DNA from: Bythopirellula sp.
GTDB taxonomy: Bacteria; Planctomycetota; Planctomycetia; Pirellulales; Lacipirellulaceae
Length of the DNA: 64,000 nt
Assembly: GCA_965216565.1 (NCBI GenBank)
Contig: OZ244170.1
Location: 1,184,001 to 1,248,000 of the forward strand
Direction of reading: 5' to 3'
Below are positions 59,225 to 64,000 of the stretch, piece by piece. Position numbers and translations under genes: made by a program. The notes beneath the pieces were generated by a model that was given only the letters and a program-made list of their open reading frames with translations, did not search any database and was not told the DNA's origin. Numbering within the stretch: position 1 is the first letter of the stretch; every line of letters starts with the position of its first letter.

Positions 59225-61237
59225 GACCTGCCGCCAAAACAGGGATCACAAGTCACCAGTGTCTTCGGTCGAGATATAACCATTGGCAACCACCAGATCG
59301 TCCCAAGCATCGTTGTTTAAATCTGCGAACAGACTGCTCCAGGCCCAACGGCCCATTTCGACCCCTGCCTCTTTGCTAACGTCGAGAAACTTACCCTGTC
59401 CATCGTTTTGCAGCAGAGTGTTTCCTTTGGCAAATTTAGTGACCAGGTTCTTCGTCTCACTATCGGCGGATGGCATAAACTGTTTTTGCTGGGTAATCCG
59501 GCTGCCTGCCGAAGAGAACATATTGGCCACATAAATGTCCATCCAACCGTCCCGGTTGAAGTCGCCCCAACTGACCGACATACCGGTGTTCGAGTCGACC
59601 ACTCCGGCCTGAGCTGCGATGTTAGTGAACTGTCCCCCGTCATTTCTGTAGAGACAATTCTGGCCAAAGTCGTTGGCAACGTAGAGATCCTGGTCGCCAT
59701 CATTGTCGTAGTCTTCCCAAGCGCAGGATAAGCTGTGACGTCGGTTGTCGGCATCCAGTCCGACTTCTTTCGTGACGTTGGTAAACTGCCACTGCCCATC
59801 GGCTCCCATGTCGTTGCGAAAAAGCAGATTCGGTGCCCCGTCATTCGCATTGGTGAATACAAACTCTTCTCTGTTTGCTGAACTCAGGGCGACGAACTCG
59901 ATGCAAATATATAAGTCCAGATCACCATCTTGATCGTAGTCGACGGCAGTAAACGACTGCATATCGGTGTTACCGGTGGCCAACGTATTGCGAAGCTGGT
60001 AGTTGGCACTTCCATCGTTTTCCATGACTAACAATCCAGCACTTGTGGCAGCAATTAGGTCTTGATCACCGTCATTGTCCAAATCCACGATTAGTGCGCT
60101 GCTGGTATGGTCGAGCCAATCAACTCCTGATTCGTGAGAGCGATCCACTGCTGTGCCGTCTGCCTGCTGAATGAAGAGCCGGTTGGGCAATCCTCCCTGT
60201 TGGCAGACGTAAATGTCGTCTCGGCCATCTCCATTCACGTCCCCCATCGCCATTCCAATGCGCATAAACACGTTGTTCCCATACGCACGACTTAAGCGAG
60301 TGAGCCAATGGTGGTGTCCGTAGACTAATTGTTCATTGAAGGAGTGATTCTCCTGGAGAACGGCCCTGGTGCAGTCGACGAGCCACGGTCCTGCCACATG
60401 AACTTCTTCGAAGTCGGTGGCTCGGATAGAAGTGAGTTGAATAGATTTCTCCCCGTTGCGGACCCAAGTGCAATGCCAGGTGGCTCGCTGCTGGACAGAA
60501 CCCGTCTCGCTGCGCCCGCCTGCTTCAAAGTAGGCGACAGTTTTAACGGATGAGGCACCGGTGTGGACCTGCACAATCTTCACATGGACATGCACGTCGC
60601 TAGCGTCAGCAAAAGGTATGGCCAAATTGCGGAGCGACTCCTCAAGACTTTCGCGGCCTTGAAGTTCGGGCGATTCAGGTTTGGTATTAGCCGCGCGATG
60701 GACAGTTATCTCTTTGCCATCGCTGCCCTTGCTCTTTACTGGAGCCAAATCAGCGGGGCGTAGCTGTCCGCAGGTGATTTCCGAAGACACATATTTCTCT
60801 GGTACTTCGATCGACTCGCGGTTCGCCAAGTCGCCGCACAGCTTAAGAAGGATCTTCTTGGCTTGCTCAGCCACGACTTCTGTCTCCCAGCCATCTTTAC
60901 TGGGGTCGAGCCGAGTGTTAGACAACTGCTGATCGGCCTTGATCGACGCGGTTGCAATCTGCACAGGCGATTCGGCAGTGATCGTTGTAGAGACTTCGGT
61001 CACCTTGCCACTGGACGGACCCATCGCTGAGAGTTTGCGATTGTGTGAACGGTCCGAAGAATTGCTAAACCAAACGAAACAAACACCAATAGTGCCAATA
61101 GCAAGAATAACGAACAGGCACAGTTTTCGAGTTGTAACAGGTGCATTGCTAGACGGATAAGTATCCTTGGAAACTCGTGATGACTTGCGATCTCTTTTCG
61201 AGTCTGAGCGTTTCGATTTGCGTTTGCGACCGGGCAT
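57482..61237 (-). CDS. Putative full-length selenoprotein (1251 aa, Sec664): TM anchor - FG-GAP propeller - ASPIC/UnbV - TlpA - TPR
   Basis: Both ORFs share a frame; the junction reads ACT GGT GAC TTG TGA TCC CTG TTT TGG CGG CAG GTC GTG TCG (TGDL*SLFWRQVVS); SECIS-like hairpin begins 11 nt after the UGA. Confidence 0.65.
59217..59235 (-). promoter_or_regulatory. Candidate bacterial SECIS element
   Basis: mRNA GGCGGCA-GGUCG-UGUCGCU: 7-bp stem (two G-U pairs), loop starting GGU, 17 nt between UGA and loop; shares GCAGGUC with the E. coli fdhF SECIS. Confidence 0.65.
59246..61237 (-). CDS. Membrane-anchored FG-GAP/VCBS repeat (CRTAC1-like) segment (probably the 5' part of a UGA-recoded gene)
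   Basis: Basic N-terminus plus TM helix; repeats GDVNGDGRDDIY, DLDNDGDQDL, DYDQDGDLDLY, DYDNDGDQDLY, GDFNRDGWMDIY, DLNNDAWDDL; ends in TGA. Confidence 0.88.
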   Translation of the reverse strand: MPGRKRKSKRSDSKRDRKSSRVSKDTYPSSNAPVTTRKLCLFVILAIGTIGVCFVWFSNSSDRSHNRKLSAMGPSSGKVTEVSTTITAESPVQIATASIKADQQLSNTRLDPSKDGWETEVVAEQAKKILLKLCGDLANRESIEVPEKYVSSEITCGQLRPADLAPVKSKGSDGKEITVHRAANTKPESPELQGRESLEESLRNLAIPFADASDVHVHVKIVQVHTGASSVKTVAYFEAGGRSETGSVQQRATWHCTWVRNGEKSIQLTSIRATDFEEVHVAGPWLVDCTRAVLQENHSFNEQLVYGHHHWLTRLSRAYGNNVFMRIGMAMGDVNGDGRDDIYVCQQGGLPNRLFIQQADGTAVDRSHESGVDWLDHTSSALIVDLDNDGDQDLIAATSAGLLVMENDGSANYQLRNTLATGNTDMQSFTAVDYDQDGDLDLYICIEFVALSSANREEFVFTNANDGAPNLLFRNDMGADGQWQFTNVTKEVGLDADNRRHSLSCAWEDYDNDGDQDLYVANDFGQNCLYRNDGGQFTNIAAQAGVVDSNTGMSVSWGDFNRDGWMDIYVANMFSSAGSRITQQKQFMPSADSETKNLVTKFAKGNTLLQNDGQGKFLDVSKEAGVEMGRWAWSSLFADLNNDAWDDLVVANGYISTEDTGDL

Positions 61238-61389
61238 TTCTCTATACTGTCACATAGGTGGCTGGGCTTAAAGACCTGACCAAGAGTTGCCGTTTAAAAC
61301 CAGCATAGGGATTAACGGCACCATATTGGGACTAACGGCGAATGCGCGAGGTCGATTCGAACTTTTTGAGCCTGAAAACAGGCATTATT

Positions 61390-61418
61390 TTGCTGTATCG
61401 GCAGGTGTTAGTTATACT
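61390..61418 (+). promoter_or_regulatory. Possible sigma70-like promoter for the PEP-CTERM genes
   Basis: TTGCTG - 17 bp - TATACT, about 90 bp upstream of ATG 61508. Confidence 0.45.
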
Positions 61419-61507
61419 CCAACGCTGGAGTCTTATCGATGTTCTAGTGCCTGATTGGAGACCTTATCAGGTTCTATTTTCTACTTTTACTGAGGGAGAC
61501 AGTTCTA

Positions 61508-62374
61508 ATGAGAGTACTGAGTTACCTGACCGCGATTGCGGTGACAATGATTCTAGTTTCGGGGGCATCCGCAGCGTTGGTGAATGAGTGGGATTATAAT
61601 GCCGGACCTCCGTTTTCAACGGACGCATCGACTGGTAGTGGAGAGTCCAGCGGATTTGCGATCCCAATTTTCGGTTTCCCGCTTAACGATGGATCGTCCG
61701 ATGATCCAGCAAGTGTTTCTCCCTGGGACGGAACCAGTCAGAATGGTGCCGCAACGAGGTCAGCTCCCTCGTCCAACAATGGTGATCCGAATGGCCCTGC
61801 GAGTGGACTTGCGATAGCGCAGTGGAATACAAGCACACCGCAGTCGGATATCGTCTTCACTTGGGACATGGTATCTGGTTACCGATCGAGTCGCTTTTAC
61901 CAGATCTCCGTCACCACAGATGGTGTCAATTACAACCCAGTTTCCGGTGGTGTAGGTACTGGCTCGACTGTTGCTGGTGTCGGTAGTGCGACGGTGGACT
62001 CTGATGGTTTGATCACAGTGCTCTTTGATGACGGTTTTGTACCGGGTAATGGTAAGCCTGTGGGAGCCCCTGCGGTCGATTACCTGACTGACCTGTCTTA
62101 CGCTTTTCCTACTGGTTCTGCGGTCGAATCAAACCCTGACTTTGGTATCCAGATTGCGGCTATCCACGATCCTAACGGAAGCGACTACGTCTCTTCCTTC
62201 GCGGGTACTACCGAAATGGGTGATCCGAATAGTGGCTTTATCAGAAGTTCCGGATCAGGTGGTGGATCGACGCGATACGACATGGTGAGCATCTCGGGCA
62301 TCCCCGAGCCTGCGACCCTAGCATTGGCTGCTTGTGGCGCTGCATTCGCCTGTACAAGACGCCGACGTAGATAG
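61508..62374 (+). CDS. PEP-CTERM protein
   Basis: Signal peptide (ASA-A); Ser/Gly/Thr-rich; IPEPATLALAACGAAFACTRRRRR; three DPN motifs. Confidence 0.9.
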   Translation: MRVLSYLTAIAVTMILVSGASAALVNEWDYNAGPPFSTDASTGSGESSGFAIPIFGFPLNDGSSDDPASVSPWDGTSQNGAATRSAPSSNNGDPNGPASGLAIAQWNTSTPQSDIVFTWDMVSGYRSSRFYQISVTTDGVNYNPVSGGVGTGSTVAGVGSATVDSDGLITVLFDDGFVPGNGKPVGAPAVDYLTDLSYAFPTGSAVESNPDFGIQIAAIHDPNGSDYVSSFAGTTEMGDPNSGFIRSSGSGGGSTRYDMVSISGIPEPATLALAACGAAFACTRRRRR

Positions 62375-62478
62375 TCTCCACCCATCAACGGTGAGTCTTG
62401 CAATTGAGAATTCGCCGTCTGGAACGCTGTTCAAGGCGTTCCAGGCGGCGTTCATACATGGACGGAGAGGACCGAGTG

Positions 62479-63798
62479 ATGTTTCTTCAAGCTTTTCGTA
62501 CGGCAACCATTCTAGCCGTGGCTGTCATCGCCACGATCCTTGCCAGTTCTGCAGTTCAGGCGGCTGTCACGTTTGATTGGGCTACCATTGGGGACCCCAA
62601 CAACGCTGCCGATACGCTAGTGATGAACAAAGGTCCTTGCACCAATGGCGCTTCGATAAGCTGCACGGGTGATGGCTCGACTGGATATGGCTCGGTCGGA
62701 TATACGTACCGGATTGCCAAGCATCACGTGACCATGTCTCAATACACGGAGTTTCTGAACACGGTGGACCCAACCGGGTCGAATTCTCTGGAACTCTACG
62801 ACGATCGAATGGAACAAAGGGTGCATCCCGTCTCTTTCTTGCCAATTCCGGCGGAGACTGGTGGTATCGATTTCGATCCGAATGCTTCTCAGGGTGCTAA
62901 ATATACAACGAAGAGTGGCCAGGAAAACTATCCTGCGACCTGGGTCAGTTGGGTTAGTGCGGCTCGGTTTGTCAACTGGCTGAGCAATGGCCAAGGCGCT
63001 GGCGATACCGAAAGCGGAGTCTACAATAGCCTGCCAACAACAGCGTCTGACCCTGTCCCAAGTAGAGACCCTGGGGCGCAGTTCTTTTTGCCGAGCGATG
63101 ATGAGTTCTACAAAGCTGCCTATTACAATCCAACGCTGAACGGCGGCACGGGTGGGTACACAGAATACGGTACCGGCAATAGTCCCCCGACGATTGGCGA
63201 CCCTAATTCAACGCCAGGTGGTGCCAACTATGCCCAAACTGATGGGGTGGATGGCCACAGTGGCGATACCTATTGGCAGAATAACTTTAGTAGCTACAAC
63301 AGCAATCTAGACCACCTTACGGAAGTGGGGGCGTATTCCAACGCGACCAGTCACTATGGGTTATTCGACGTAGATGGGACGGCTTACCAATGGATGGAGA
63401 CCACCCGTCAGAATCAGTTTGGTTCTCAAGATTTACCGATCTACCGCGGCGGCTCCTGGTGGCATGCGTCCGACGGCAATGGTGCAGCCTTCCGCAATAC
63501 TCAATTCTTTGCGACTGGATCTTCAAGCCTGTCCAGCAATTACCATAGTTTTAGAATTGCCTCCTTAGTCCCAGCACTGGCAGGGGACTTCGATATGGAT
63601 GGCGATGTCGATGGCCTGGATTTCCTTGATTGGCAGATAAACAATCGGACGCAGTCTGAACTCATGGATTGGGAAGCGAATTACGGCATGACCCTCCAGA
63701 CTGCTGCGGTAAGTGCTGTTCCTGAGCCCACCGGTCTTGTCCTGCTAGCCACCAGCTTCGCCATGCTTTGTCTTTCCCGACGGCAAAGATGTGCATGA
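62479..63798 (+). CDS. PEP-CTERM protein with formylglycine-generating-enzyme-like (SUMF1/EgtB/PvdO) domain and dockerin-like EF-hand
   Basis: GYGSVGYTYRI, SAARFVNWL, LPSDDEFYKAAYY, SHYGLFD, RGGSW, FRIAS; GDFDMDGDVDGLDFLDWQ; VPEPTGL plus TM helix; start after GGAGAGG. Confidence 0.9.
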   Translation: MFLQAFRTATILAVAVIATILASSAVQAAVTFDWATIGDPNNAADTLVMNKGPCTNGASISCTGDGSTGYGSVGYTYRIAKHHVTMSQYTEFLNTVDPTGSNSLELYDDRMEQRVHPVSFLPIPAETGGIDFDPNASQGAKYTTKSGQENYPATWVSWVSAARFVNWLSNGQGAGDTESGVYNSLPTTASDPVPSRDPGAQFFLPSDDEFYKAAYYNPTLNGGTGGYTEYGTGNSPPTIGDPNSTPGGANYAQTDGVDGHSGDTYWQNNFSSYNSNLDHLTEVGAYSNATSHYGLFDVDGTAYQWMETTRQNQFGSQDLPIYRGGSWWHASDGNGAAFRNTQFFATGSSSLSSNYHSFRIASLVPALAGDFDMDGDVDGLDFLDWQINNRTQSELMDWEANYGMTLQTAAVSAVPEPTGLVLLATSFAMLCLSRRQRCA

Positions 63799-64000
63799 AA
63801 TCGCTGATCGGTCCACGTCACCCTTCACATACCTGGGTCTGGCCGTGGGCGTATTCTCGGTGTCTACCGGCGCGATCTTCATCCGGTTCGCTCAGGAAGA
63901 AGCCCCCTCGCTGACAATCGCAGCGTACCGGCTAGGCATAGCCTCCTTCGTGTTCGCGGTGCCGACGCTGTTGTTCTTGCGAAGTGAGCTGTTGAGGCTC
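63791..64000 (+). CDS. DMT/EamA family transporter, 5' part (runs off window)
   Basis: Manual translation from GTG 63791: ...YLGLAVGVFSVSTGAIFIRFAQEEAPSLTIAAYRLGIASFVFAVP..., open to the window end. Confidence 0.8.
   Translation, partial: MHEIADRSTSPFTYLGLAVGVFSVSTGAIFIRFAQEEAPSLTIAAYRLGIASFVFAVPTLLFLRSELLRL

Noticed and set aside
61380..61394. Sigma54-like GGCA...TTGC upstream of PEP-CTERM genes
   Set aside because: GG to GC spacing is 9 nt instead of the required 10.
343..63568. The many 60-230 aa ORFs overlapping or antisense to called genes
   Set aside because: Shadow frames expected at this GC content, with no motifs of their own.
1..64000. CRISPR array, rRNA genes, prophage or anti-phage defence genes
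   Set aside because: No regularly spaced short repeats, rRNA-like stretches, phage structural genes or recognisable defence domains were seen.

Overview
Chromosomal window (about 55-58% GC by eye) from a planctomycete, probably Pirellulales/Lacipirellulaceae-like, judged from DUF1559, DUF1553/DUF1501, an LEPRxLL-type protein and PEP-CTERM proteins. In order: the 5' part of an acyl-CoA carboxylase beta gene; a LamG/RTX protein built from a near-identical 1404-bp tandem repeat; an lhr-nei plus AlkA-like DNA repair locus; a complete 8.4-kb Tn3-family transposon (40-bp perfect IRs, CGGTC target duplication) carrying a triple-LamG protein, two small paralogous ORFs and a GGDEF-EAL gene; an amino-sugar utilisation region with PEP-CTERM and DUF1559 genes; a tRNA-Pro 3' fragment (att-like); a thiol/sulfur region with TlpA proteins, TauE and a cysteine desulfurase-persulfide dioxygenase-rhodanese fusion; and more PEP-CTERM genes. 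Best candidate for new biology: ORFs 59246-61237 and 57482-59224 are in one frame, separated only by a UGA that is followed by an fdhF-like SECIS hairpin, suggesting a 1251-aa FG-GAP/ASPIC-UnbV/TlpA/TPR selenoprotein. Second: 16 Asp-Pro-Asn tripeptides in four PEP-CTERM proteins, possibly an unrecognised modification sequon. All family calls rest on motif recognition by eye; no database searches were run.
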